Assembly: GCF_036321535.1 (NCBI RefSeq)
Contig: NC_087437.1
Coordinates: 38,876,001 to 38,940,000 of the forward strand
Source: Camelus dromedarius
Lineage: Eukaryota
Length of the DNA: 64,000 nucleotides
Direction: 5' to 3'
The notes beneath the pieces are model-generated. The model worked only from the letters and a program-made list of their open reading frames with translations. It was not told where the DNA came from and did not search any database. Below are positions 14,561 to 26,900 of the stretch, one piece after another. The stretch's first letter is position 1. Each line of letters begins with the position of its first letter. The position numbers and the translations under genes are program-made.

Positions 14561-15067
14561 CTGACACTGACAAGGTCTCTACAGCCACTCTGTCCTCGCT
14601 TCAGCCCTTGCTTGGTTTGGCTTCATCACCATTCACTTCCCTCCACCTCCTTACCAGGAACTGCCTCCCTCCCACCCTCTCCCTGCCCCTCCACTCTGCC
14701 CAGGAGGCTTTATATATGCTGTCAGATCCTTGTCTCCAGAAAGGACAAAATTGATTGCATTTAATCAAACAAATTTTAGGTCTGTAATCTTGAAACTCCC
14801 CTGAGTCACCTTGCTTGGATTGGGGCAGTCCTCTTAGCTCCTTAGTCACCTATTCTTAGGAACTTTCTGAGTTTATGTACCTCTTATCAATCTCATCTAT
14901 TGGATTAGCATCCTTAACCACTATGAGAAATCATTAAGAACTATTTCCCTGGTTACCAAGATACTCTTAGTATAAATTTCACCCCCCCCCACCATATTCT
15001 TAAGTAAAGACAGTATAAATTCCTCCTCATTATTATTAAATAACCACTTCAAGTTCTTCACAAGAAT

Positions 15068-15232
15068 CAGTGGTTCTCAAACTCTAGCAAGGATCAGAGT
15101 CATCTGAAGGGCTTGTGAACGCCTGATTGATGGCTCGGGGAGTACGTGTGTACGTGTGAGAATCTGCATCTGTGACAAGCTCCCTGGTGATACCGATGCT
15201 GCTGGTCCAGGGGCTAGACTTTGAGAACCACC
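15068..15232 (+). mobile_element. MER5A (hAT-Charlie)
   Basis: Terminal inverted repeats CAGTGGTTCTCAAA ... TTTGAGAACCAC with typical internal GAGAATCTGCAT...GGTGATACCGATGCTGCTGGTCC. Confidence 0.85.
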
Positions 15233-18200
15233 ACTCTGTTCACGTCCTCTCCCATAGTTCTCCTTCAGAGCAGCACGTCCTATCTTCCAAGCTTGCCACC
15301 TGATGACATTGTTCTGACGGGAATCACCCGTGCTCTCTGATGCCTAAGTCCAGTGGTTAATGGCCAAAGCTAAAGGACACTTTTCATGTCCAGTAGAGTC
15401 TTAGGAAATTTCTGATGCATTTGATATGATTGACTTCCACTGCCATATCCCTTCTTTGAGTTTTATGTCACATGACTTCTGGCTCTTCTAATGGTCTGGA
15501 TGCTATGCTTTTCTTGCTCGACCTGGAAGGCCTCTACCCATCTTGCTTTCTAGACGGGGGCCCAGTGTCCCTTCCTCAAAGAAGCGATACCTCTTCTTGT
15601 CCCCGAAACATGGATGTCCCTTTCTTTTTCTTTCCCATTCTGCCCCACTGTGCTCACATCACTCTCTCTAACAATATCTAATAGTCTCCTTACTCAGGAA
15701 AAGTTTTGATCAGTTTTGTCTCATCCTTCCAGGTATTGCTAAACAGTAGGCATGAAGCTGTCTTAGGATTCCTGATAACCCCACTGGATGCCATTGCCCC
15801 CGCCCATTCTCTGGGATGCAGCAAAGGTATGTTTATGTGAAGCACATAGGAAGGGTGAAAGCTAAGTCTCTGGACTGGGATGGATGTCAATTGCTGGGCA
15901 CCCCCTTGACGGTGCTGGTTACCCATGAAGGGTAACTGCATCCACAGATGCAGCTGCCCGCGGCAGGACCTGCTAGCCTTATCTTGGGAGCATGCAGTGC
16001 AGGCCTGGTAGTCTGAGGATGGAAATTCAGCCCCCATTCATCTCCCGGATGCCTGAACAAGCCATGGTGGCCCTGTGCTGAAACTGTTGTTCAGTTTGCA
16101 TGGCTTTCGTGGGTCTGGCCCTCTCTTCTCTTTCTCATTAAACTCTCTGCCCTCATCCTCTCCACCTTCATCTCTCCTCCCTGAAAGAAAAGGAGAATCT
16201 TTATCTTTCGAGCAAATGTTTTATCCATTATAGGAGCTCATTGTGTCCTTAAGGCTTAAATCTTTGGAAGCAAAGTCAGGAAGAAGGAAGACTTTTTTTT
16301 TCCTTCTTTGCTTTTTCACCCAATTATGACACTCTCCTGGGTACGATGCCGGGCACAGATCAGGTGCTTCTCTGTAGAATGATGTGAGGGTGAGAAGTAC
16401 TCTGTTTGCAAAAAGAAAGTATGCTGGTTACTATGCCCAAACATAGCTTATGATGCAACTCACTATGCCCCTAGGAAGCGAGACTGTAACCACTCTGTGG
16501 CTAGGAACTCTGTGCTGTTCATCTTTGTAGCAACGTTGCCTATCACACCTGTCATGCCTGTCACGTTTCCTAGGGAATCACGAGATATCAGTCATTTTAC
16601 ACAAAATGATAGCCTATTGCCACCATCTTGAGAAGAAGTTCAAAGAATACACAGTTAACCCCTAGTATTAATGCATCCTTGGGGCTGTAGGTCAGCAGGT
16701 CGGAAAGAGTCTCCTGAATAACCATTCCCTCCCTCCTCCAAAGCCCTCTTTCTCCCTCTAATCCAGGGTCAGCAACAGTAGTAAGAAAGCCAGCAGCAGC
16801 CACATATGTGTAAGTCAGGCTTCTCTCCATCTGCTCCCTCCTTAGGGAAAATCTAACGCTAAGATGACTTTCTTAGGGGAGGAAGCACAGCTGTTGTCAC
16901 CACCGTCTCTACGGAGTCACAGGATAAAAAAAAGACAACAAAAAACAAAACCCGCTTCCTTTGCCCCCAAGCACTGGTTTCTTTTGGTCACGTTCTGAAT
17001 GGCAGCGATGATTCAGCTTGCTGCCGGGGTGCTGGTTCCAACAGCACCTCCTTTCGTGGCTCTGGCCTCCGCCCCATTTATCGCTGGTCCTGGGAGCCAG
17101 GGAGACAGGACTATTTCTATCTCAGGCATCTGTGTTTCTGATCAGCTGGTGGGCTAGGCCAACCGAAGTGTGAGGAGGAGCTGAAACGACTTCACGTTTG
17201 TCTAAAGTCGGGCGTTCACTTGGATGAGGAGCGGGGAAGTGTGTGCCGTGATGCTGCAACGCCTGGGTCGCGGGGCGGGGACCCCGGCGGGGACACCGTC
17301 ACCCTCTCTGGGAGTCCCGGTGGAATCCGAGAAACTTGGGATGTGCGTTATGGAGGAAAACTTTGGACAAGTCTTCATATTTCTCTCTCTAAAAATGAAA
17401 CTGTGTCTGGATAGGATGACTTTTTATTTCTCTGACTCTGAAAATAAGATTAGAGCTTGGCCAAGTGACCTTAGGTTTTTTATTTTAGTTTGCCCATCTA
17501 TGTGGAGGTCCTGATTTTCCAGAGGAGATTTAACTTTAAAAATTAAAATTTTGTATTAATAACTCTCAGATTTTTTTATTTCTTTCATGTAATGTCATTC
17601 TTCTCAAGAAGGAACACTTAACTCCGATTTAGTTAGTTTGAAGAGCCTGACATCAGTATAATTTCAATGCTCCCCAGGCCTGAACCACTGATTGAAAATC
17701 CATAAGAGCGTCTCACTCTAAAATGTTATTTGAGGAGTCAAAGAGTTACCAAAAACTTACTGTTATAATCTACCGAGTGGTTTCTTGCTCCATTTTGTGA
17801 CGGTATATGGTTGGCATCTTTAAATTTCATAATTCACTTTCAGTACAGAAAGATACTGAAATTGGAATATAGGGCCGAATGGATTGTTTCCTTTGTGACT
17901 TAACAGTAATACTATGATAACTTACACTTCTATGGTCCTTTACATGTTATCAACAGCTTTTATACAACCTCATTTTATTTTGGAAACAATTTCACTTGGT
18001 CAGTGTGTTGACATTTGTAATGAGATGACAGAAATATTTCTGGAATGCTTCATGAGGAATATTATGAGAAAAGTAGCTTTTCTTTCTTCACACAGTCCAC
18101 CTGATGGTCCCAGCAAGAGATTAGAGTCAGGAATGTGAAATAGGGTAACACCTGACAAACCCAAAGATGTGTAAAGCCGGCCCCTTCCACCTCGTGTGGG

Positions 18201-19349
18201 AAAAGGAAGGAGGGACGGTGATCGGTCAGACATGGTTGCAATGCCTTCCTTTCTCTGGGTTGCAGACCTAAGAGGGCACCTGGGAGAGTGGCCGCCATTT
18301 TGAAAGGAAATCTGTAAGCAGAGCTGTACTCTGGTCTCCCGTTGAAACATAGGAATAGAATAGAAGTGGAAGCAGGACATGATTGTGCAAAGTTCCATGG
18401 GGCATGGAAAGGATGCAGATGTTCTCCTGGCCCCTACAGGAAAGCAGGACGTTGAGAGCCATTGGCTTGCTCGGAGGCTATGAGGTGGAGAATGCAGGCA
18501 GAAGTCAGAGGGCCCTGAATCAGTGAGAGCTAATGTAGGTCCAATCCTCGGGGTTGGAGGGGTTGGGGGGTGCAACTGCATAGCTATTTTAGTTCTCTGT
18601 TAAACTCATGGAGACTGCTCCAGACTCCTGGACTATCGAACTGCTTCCTCTTTATCAAAACTTGCCTGACTGTGTCTCTTCTGTGCAGACACTGATCTAG
18701 ATTAAGTGGCGTCTGAATGATTTAACATGTCTGATTCACACTGAGAGGTGTGCAACAGAAAGACCATGTGCTCAGACAGACCTTGTCCAGTTCCAGCTCT
18801 TTGTTGTTCGGTCTCCTTAACGAGTTGCTTTACTCCTCTCAGTTGAAAATTCTTCACTCAGCATCAGACACTTACATCTAGCTCTTAGAGTGATATGAAA
18901 ATTAACTATATAACTCTGCTTATTAATTTTGGGTTCTTTGGCTCATTGCAGAGCAGGGTGTAGTTTCTAGTGAGCACAAAATAAGCAATTGTTGAATGAA
19001 TTGAATGAATGGCTCAGGTAGAAGGCATCTAGCTACAAGTGGCAGACATGCCAATGCAAGTGCTGTTCAGAATGAATAAATGTAGAGGAGAACATAATTA
19101 AGAAAGTCCAGAAACTTGGCAATGATTAGTTATGGTTGAATTGATAGCCTCATTTTTGAGTGTGTGTGATTTTCTAACTTTGACTTCCTTCCCATGCTGA
19201 CTTCTTCATACTCCTACTAAGACAGCCACAAGTGTTCCAGACAAAGAATATTCAGAGACCAAAAGGACGTTTTTGGTGACTCTGTCTTTGGAGTGAGGAA
19301 ATGTCTGTCTTTCCCAGAACTCCTGTCCAAGTCCTCTTCTTGTCTCATC

Positions 19350-19618
19350 TGATCGAATTGTAACACATGCTCATTTTGGAGCCAAACTCTTAAGTAATGT
19401 GGTGAATGGCTCAAACCGTGGGTTCCTGTGCCCATCACTTGCAAGGACACAGGGATTATCCTTTGAATAATCAGTTTCTGAAGCCAGTAGTGGGGCCAGT
19501 TCTGCCTGAAGCACCTGGGTTATGTATGGAAGGGGTGGGTACTTGGACCCAAATTAGGGTACTTTTTGGAAGGAGAAAATAGATGCTGCTGAGACAATCA
19601 AAAACTAATATTTACCAC
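19350..19618 (-). mobile_element. MLT1-type (ERVL-MaLR) LTR fragment
   Basis: CCCAAATTAGGGTACT...AAATAGATGCTG...TACCACA end motif of an antisense MLT1. Confidence 0.5.
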
Positions 19619-19802
19619 AATATGTAAGCACCAGCCACCATATTTGACATGTTTGAGCTCAGTGAATGCTGCCTCCATTTCTTTTATAAGGAGGACTTGT
19701 ATAAGGACTCAAAGAAAGTGAGCAAGTTTTTACTGATGGACAGTAAGTAGTTTAGTGGGATTGGAGGAAAATGGAGAGTCATCAAGCAGAATCCTAAGAG
19801 CA

Positions 19803-20481
19803 TGGACTTACCATATGATCCAGCAGTCCCATTCCTGGACATATATCCTGAGAGAACCTTAATTCAAAAAGATACATGCACCCCAATGTTCAGAGAAGCA
19901 CTATTTACAATAGCCAAGATATAGAAACAACCTAAATGTCCATCAACAGATGACTCGATAAAGAAGTTGTGGTATATTTATACAATAGAATACTACTCAG
20001 CCATAAAAAATAATAAAATAATGCCATTTACAGCAACATGGATGGACCTAGAGATTGTCATTCTAAGTGAAATAAGCCAGAAAGAGAAAGAAAAATACCA
20101 TATGATATCACTTATATGTGGAATCTAAAAAAAAAAAAAAAGATAAACTTATTTGCAAACAGAAACAGACTCTCAGACATAGAGAACAAACTTGTGGTTA
20201 CCAGGGGGAGAAGGGGGTGGGAAGGGATAAATTGGGAGTTAGAGATGTGCAGATACTAACTGATATACAAAGAATAGATAAACAAGTTCATGCTGTATAG
20301 CGCAGGGAACTATATTCGATATCTTGTAGTAACTTATGGTGAAAAAATATGAAAACGAATATATGCATGTTTGTTTATGACTGAAGTATTGTGCTGTACA
20401 CTAGAAATTGACACAACTTTGTAAACTGACTACACTTCAATAAAAAAATATATATATATATATTTACAAGAAAAAAAAAAA
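19803..20481 (+). mobile_element. 5'-truncated lineage-specific L1 (ORF2 end + 3' UTR, camelid/cetartiodactyl type) with poly(A) tail and TSD
   Basis: Typical L1 3' motifs (CCATATGATCCAGCA, CAACCTAAATGTCCATCAACAGATG, GCAGGGAACTATATTC, AATAAA + A-tail). Flanked by 15-bp direct repeats AGAATCCTAAGAGCA (19788-19802) and AGAATCCCAAGAGCA (20482-20496), one mismatch. Confidence 0.92.
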
Positions 20482-20673
20482 AGAATCCCAAGAGCAAACA
20501 TATAACACACTCAAATGAGGCGAATTTTTATAAAAGGACTATTTACAAAAGCAAAGGGAACCAACCAGGGACAGAGAGGCACTGCAGTGTTAGCAGTGAG
20601 GGGTGTGATGCTACATCTAGGACTGAAGGGACAATGGAAGGAAAGCGTTAATAAACCTGGACAGAGTTGCTGT

Positions 20674-20889
20674 CAGTTAGTCTTAATAGAAAGCGTCGGT
20701 GTTGGGAATGGGAGGGGATTTCGCCCCTTGGGGGACATTTGGCAATGTCTGGAGACGTTTTAGATTGTCATGACTGATGGGTTGCTATTGGCTTCTAGTG
20801 CGTAGAGGCCAGGGATGCTGTTAAACAGATGCATATGATAAAGAATTATCCTGCCCCAAATGCAATAGTGTCCAGGTTGAGGAACCCTA
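20674..20889 (+). mobile_element. MER20 (hAT-Charlie) non-autonomous DNA transposon
   Basis: GGGGACATTTGGCAATGTCTGGAGACG...GTAGAGGCCAGGGATGCTG...AAAGAATTATCC...GGTTGAGGAACCCT matches the recalled MER20 consensus. Confidence 0.85.
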
Positions 20890-23197
20890 TTTCAGAGAAA
20901 GCACTGTGAAAACAGAGGGCTGCTGTAAGTGTGACCTTTGCATCTAAACCCAAGCAACCAGAGACAGCAAGGGAGCTGGGGCAAAAGCTACCCCTCCCTC
21001 CTGCTGGCCCATATCCCAGTGGCTTCCATTGAGTAATAGTCTTGTTTTTCTAGTTCAGCCTTGTTTAACTGGTCTTGGTGGCCTTTGAAAACCAATCTGA
21101 TGCTTAGAGACTAAGCCTATTATAGAGAGGTTCATCATATAATTTTCATCTTTAGTTTTACATAGGGATTTAACTTTACTTTCATTCATTAAGAAAACAG
21201 TCATTGTAGGCTGTCCTATGCAAAGAAATGAAAGACTTATCCTTCACTGATTTTTGCCATTCTGGCCTCTGGCCAGCATGTTTGAGAATTAAATGGGGGT
21301 TTTCCCCCTTATAGAAATTTTCCCCTTAAGTAAGTATGAGCAAACTTTTGTGTAGTTTATTGTAGTTATTGTCTGAGCTTGTTATTTAGCAATAATTAAT
21401 GAGGAAGGAGCATAATAAATGGAAAAGATGTGCGACGTTCATTCCTTTCTTACGTTACGCATCTTTGAAGGTGTTCACCCTCTTGTCTAAGACATGCCAC
21501 TTCAGGGTGTTTCAGTTGACGGACAACTAGAAAGAAGATGCTCTGAAACTTAAACAGATTAAAATAACTCAAGACCTCGTGACTCTTGACTAAGTAGTAA
21601 AGCCATACCAGAATGATCACCGGGACTGGGGCCATCTTAAGACATTCAAGGCTCTTTTGAGTGTGATTCAAGATAAAAAAAAAAGTCTTGTGAGTGAAGA
21701 AAGAAACCTAATTTCATGCTTCTGATATTTAGCTTCTTGTTTGTTTCTTTCTAGAATCTGTACTGTTAGATTTATTTATTTACAGCTAAATGAACGAAGT
21801 CATTTAACATACTGTAAACAAATATGGACATATTTATCAGATTGTATCTGTAAAATATCTTGGAGATTTATATTTATTTTATCTTAAAATTCAAACCAAA
21901 ACAACTGCTCAGTTCATGCAGTTCTAATGAGCTGGTGGCAACAATGAACAGGAGAAGGCACAGTCCAGGAGACCCTCGTAACTCACTTAGGATGCACTCC
22001 CCCCACCCCCCATACCTACACAGTGATGGAAACGACACGCGCAGCTGCACGGAAGTAAAAAAAAATGCACTGACAGTTGCATCCTGGACCTGGAAATGCC
22101 TGTGTAGAAATGCAATTCTGGAAGACCTGTAACACATTTTTTTTGGTTACTCCACCTGAATTTCTGGGTGAAGCTATAGTAATTTTGAGGTTTTTTTTTT
22201 TTTTTTTTTCAAAGCAAAGTGAATAACGGGGCATTAACTATAGACTGATAAAATATCATTGAAGCACGCAGGGAAGATCGCTTAGCCTGCTGCTCATCCC
22301 TCAGCTGAAAGAGCGTGGCCTCTGTTTTGTTTCTGACATCCCAGGGAATGGAAATGAAGATTCCTAAATCGAAAAGAAGAAGTTAGAATTTCAGGAGACG
22401 AACAAGCGACCAAAGCTACTAAGACCCCGAGGGATTAAAGATGTCCTTCTAAAATTTCATTATTGTGTCTCCACGTCTAACCTCCCAGCTGTCTAACAAC
22501 AAAATCCTTCATAATATAGCTACCTGTAAAAATCAAACATTATGAACCACTTTTTTTTTTTTCCGAAAGAGAATATACTCAAAATGTTTTCAAAGCTTCT
22601 TTAAGGGGGAGCCAGATAGTGACAACCTCGGAGGCCTCAAAGTGAGATCCAGGGATGGGCTTAGCACAAAACCGCCCTGCAGAAAGGCCACATGAGCCAC
22701 CAGAGAGGTCTGTGGTTAGAGGACATTACATTGTGGATGTAAGTTCGCTAAATTGACCCCTACTTCTCCATCCTTTTGCAGTGGAAACATTCCTTTGAAC
22801 AACCAGGAAGTAAACCTAACTTTAGCTTCTGTGTTTTCCAGTGAAGCAATCTATCAATTACAGCAGCAGACACACCCTCACTTCCCTGTAACTCCAGGCC
22901 AACACCTCTTGTCACCTTCTACATAAGACTCCAGTGACTTCTACGCATGCTTATGTATATTTGCAAACCATCCATAATATACATTAAAAAAAAGTTTGAG
23001 TAGGGACATTGCTCTGTATTCCAAGTTGTCTCAGGCTATTCCGTGTGATGAATGTGCTGATAACTTTCTGCTATTTTTCTTCTATTTGACCAATCACCTC
23101 TCAGTATGTCTTCTAGCTCCCATGTCACACACAGTCACAGCTTATCTCTTCATCATACAGTGTAGCTCAACACACTTTTACCTCTGAAACTGCATAG

Positions 23198-23680
23198 TGT
23201 GGCAGAGGTCTCTTCCATTATGCCTTTGCCCTTTTTACTCATCTTCCTGGACTGGGAATCCTAAAAGTGGCAATCTTGGAAGGCAAGGAAATGAATCACA
23301 GGTCTTACGACACAGCTGCTGTCCTTCCAGACCATATAAAAGTGCTTTCTATAAAAGTGATGGATTCCCTAAGCCTGCGGTGCATCTCCTGGGACACACT
23401 CCACTCTGCGTTCACGATCCGCCTGACCCTCCGAATAGCCCTGTGGAGCCTAGAGCTGAGGGAACCGGCACAGACATACTGATACTCCTGCTATTGCTTT
23501 TGCTGTGAGTAATAAAGGTCTTTGTCTCTGACCAAGAGTCTTGTGTCTTTTGTTAGCATCCACAGAACCGTGGCAGGCTACTTACTAGCTTCTGTAGTTA
23601 TTTCATTCAGTGTGTTACTGCTTCCAGCCTCCCTCCACTCTGTCAAACTTAATCTCTAAGTAGGGTAAAACCTTCATCTA
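23198..23680 (+). mobile_element. ERV1-class solo LTR (MER34/MER39-like)
   Basis: Starts TGT, TATA-like TATAAAAG near 23335 and 23350, AATAAA at 23511 in GCTGTGAGTAATAAAGGTCTTTGTCTCTGACC. The 3' part aligns by eye with the reverse complement of 47442-47570. Confidence 0.7.
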
Positions 23681-23819
23681 CCTAAATGTACAGGCTTTCA
23701 TTCCTTCCTTCCTTCCTTCCTTGCTTCCTTCCTCCCTTCTTTCCCTCCTTCTCTTTCTTCTTTTCTTCCTTCCTGGCCTCCTACCAGTGTTATCTAGCTC
23801 TTTATTTAACCATCATCTA

Positions 23820-23900
23820 CTATTTTTCACTTATTCAACAAATATTTACTGAGTGCCTCCTATGTGTCAGGCATGTTCCAGGTTCCAGGTTTGTGTAGCA
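23820..23900 (-). mobile_element. L2 3' terminal fragment
   Basis: ATTCAACAAATATTTACTGAGTGCCTCCTATGTGTCAGGCA. Confidence 0.75.
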
Positions 23901-26900
23901 AATACAACAAGCTAATATCTCTCATTTTTGTCTTTTTATCTTTTTTGAAAAAATTAAAAGTAGACTTCAAGGAGTAGATACAAATAGCACAATCCATACT
24001 AGATATAGGTAAAGAAGAAATGAAAAACAAAGAGAAAAGGGTAAAGAAATAAAATAGTGCTTAGGGATGAGATTAATACAAAAAGATAAAACATACTTCT
24101 TTTTGCTGCACACTTGGGTCTTAGGTTTATGCCAAAGTCCAAGTTCTCCTGAGATAGAAAACATTCCTATAGTGGTCAGATCTTCCAGAAAATCTCAATG
24201 CCCAGTCACAGAATTATCTTCTCTGTGACATTGCTTCAGAATGGAAAGTGCTTTGCTAGTCTGTGGGAACAGCTAATCATGGGGACCTGGGGGCGGGGGG
24301 GCGGGGAGTCACAGAGTGAGAGCCCACCTAAGCCACGCCCACTTCCTGGACTTAGGTTCCTCATTCATAAATTGGCCTATTGTGCTCTACGCTTGTGTGT
24401 CTTCTTCACCACTGTGGTATTCTATGTGTTATGATACATAAACGCAGGGACATATGAAGGTGAAAAGTGATTATGATTCTAATCTGGGAGATTAAAACAT
24501 GGCACTTTGGATGGGTTCCTGTGCGTGGAGAAAATTCATATTAATTCCTTCACTTGTCCTTCATCACACCCAAGTTCTAGCATTTCAGATCCTTAAGATT
24601 CTAACTTGTTCTTTAAGACATCCTTCATATATTCAACTATTGCAATAAGGGTTGCTCAGCATGTCGCTTGTTAATAAAGGACATCTGCATTTGTTTTAAT
24701 GCTTATTTAAAAAGAAACTGGGATTTAGTGCTTGTCAGTACTAATGGAATCAATGGTACTTTAATATTTGTTAATGGCACTTCAGTGCCCTTAACAGCAA
24801 AAAGCAGTGAGGTCATTAGCCAAACACACTGTTGCTCCAAATGAAAGAGAAAGTGTATGGAATCTAGAAAAGGCAAAGATGGCACGTGATTTTGCTAGTG
24901 TCAGGTCACTTGAACCTAAATAAAATGCATACATTTTTCTTCTTTGCTGTGTTTTAATCCAAAGAGCAAACAATTGTAATGGCCGATGTTGGTGACGCTA
25001 TCATGCATCTGATCAAAACAAGAAAAACAAACTTGCTAAGTGCTCCTCCTTATGAAATTTCGGTGAGCTGCCAACCGTCAGCTGCTAGCTTTAGGAAAGT
25101 GTTGTTCCTCCCCATTGATGTAAGTATCTTCAAAAGACCAAGTAAAAAGAGGGAGAGAGGGAAATGTATGCTAAAAGAGCAGAGAAGGGCAGTGCATTGG
25201 GTTGGAACGTAGCTGTCTGTATTAAACTCAGCAAAATAAGAAGGCAAATGACTGGTTGAGGACTTGACTTGTATACCTTGCTTTTGAACCTCCGAGGTCC
25301 CCTCTACCTTGCACCTGAATAGAGTTTGATCTTTTAGTGTTAATTTCTCCATGCATCCACTACAGCTGGTGGCAGATTTTATAATTTAGACATTGTGTGT
25401 TTTAAGTCAAAGATTAGAAGTAATGTTATAAGAAAGTAGGACGTCATTACCTTCCCCCCAAAAGAACTATTTTTTCCAATTGATATTTCTATCAAAATGA
25501 TTCTAAATATTTCCTAATATGGCTAATCTTTAGATTTTTTTTAAGTCTAGTGAAAATTTTCTGCAGTTAAAAGGTTAGTCAAGCATTTTGAATTAGTAAA
25601 GAATGTGCCTAACTTTTGGAATATTTTGTGTAGTTACTGGAAAACATCTATTTTGTTAATCTCTCCATAACATTCATGTTATTCTTCTTTGGGGTAGAAT
25701 ATGATAGACTTAAATCCTTAGCTGAAAGAATGTCACTTGAATTCTCATGCAATTGATTTTTAAACTTTTACTTAATGATTTATGGTCTCTAAAAAGATCT
25801 TCTTTGAAATAAAATCTTTCTCAAGTCTTGTACAGAATGAATAATTTTTGGCATTTTTGGAAGCTGAAAGGATGTCTAATGATTAAATGTTTGAAATACT
25901 AAATTAGAAATCAGGAAACTTAAGGTATTATCTCAGCTCAACATACCGTAGTCTCAGATACTGTGCATTGCTGAGTTGTTACAAGACCCAATAAGGCAAT
26001 TTTAAGAAAGTGCTTTGTACTTTTTGGAAGAAAGGTTTTATATCAATATAAAGCATTAATACAAGTCGCTTGAAGTGCCATTGCCTGAAATCTCGGAGTC
26101 AATACAGTATTCTCTATTGCTAGTGTCTAGTTACATAAAACACTCTAGGATTATGCTGTCAATTTGGTATACACGCAGGGTTTTTGTTAACGCACACTCT
26201 AAAAGGGGATGCTGAACGATGAGATCAATGAACTAGTAGAAATCAGTCTGTATGTGAGCAACATTTCTTCCTGTATCATCCCGCCGAGTTTTCTAAAGGA
26301 ACATTTTCCAATCTTGAACTGCAACAGGTTATATTTACTTTCACATCACAGAGACACACATAGTGTTTAATTTTTTTTCTCTTTTTAAGAACAATGGAAA
26401 ACAAAAATCAGTGGTCTTGAATATTTTCACAAAGCAGGGTAATAATTCCACTGTGAAACTATACCAGACGGCTGGACATGAGTCAAACAGCAATGAATTA
26501 AGTCAATAATGCTACAGCTTCCATCCAGAAAGACCGGACTGCCTGGAAGGCAAGTTTATGTATAACACAATTTCTGCTATAAGACGGAAGCTATTTTCAA
26601 ATTTTAAAAGATGTATTTCAGGTGGCATTCTTCACACTTTAACACAGGGCCATTTTCTTCAACGTTCTCTTTGGAGTGAATAGCTTATCATCCTACAAAA
26701 TGAGAATTCAGGGCACATGTCAGACTTTCAAGGAGGGACACTGGGAGGTGATAATGCCCGAAAGATAAATTGGAAAGATACCATAGGCATTAGCCTGTGT
26801 ACATTCTGTTTTCAATTTGCGTAGCAGCCACGGCAGCACTTTCGGAGCAAGACAATGAGTGAAATGTAATTGTTGGCTGTCCCCTGAAGTCCTAACAAGG

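Larger units (their letters stand above)
19770..21030. mobile_element. Old ERVL-class LTR relic (LTR16/LTR33-like) interrupted by the L1 and MER20 insertions
   Basis: Segments 20497-20673 and 20890-21030 contain LTR-like phrases (GGACTATTTACAAAAG, GGGAACCAACCAGGGA, GGCTTCCATTG) that read as one element. Family uncertain. Confidence 0.45.

Noticed and set aside
14078..14754. Overlapping 139- and 194-aa ORFs
   Set aside because: Lie largely in a MER115-like relic; no domain or splice support.
18000..18581. 193-aa minus-strand ORF
   Set aside because: No recognisable homology, codon bias or exon structure.
20440..20481. Possible L1 3' transduction (TA repeat + TTTACAAG between AATAAA and the A-tail)
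   Set aside because: Too short; better explained as a microsatellite-like decayed tail.
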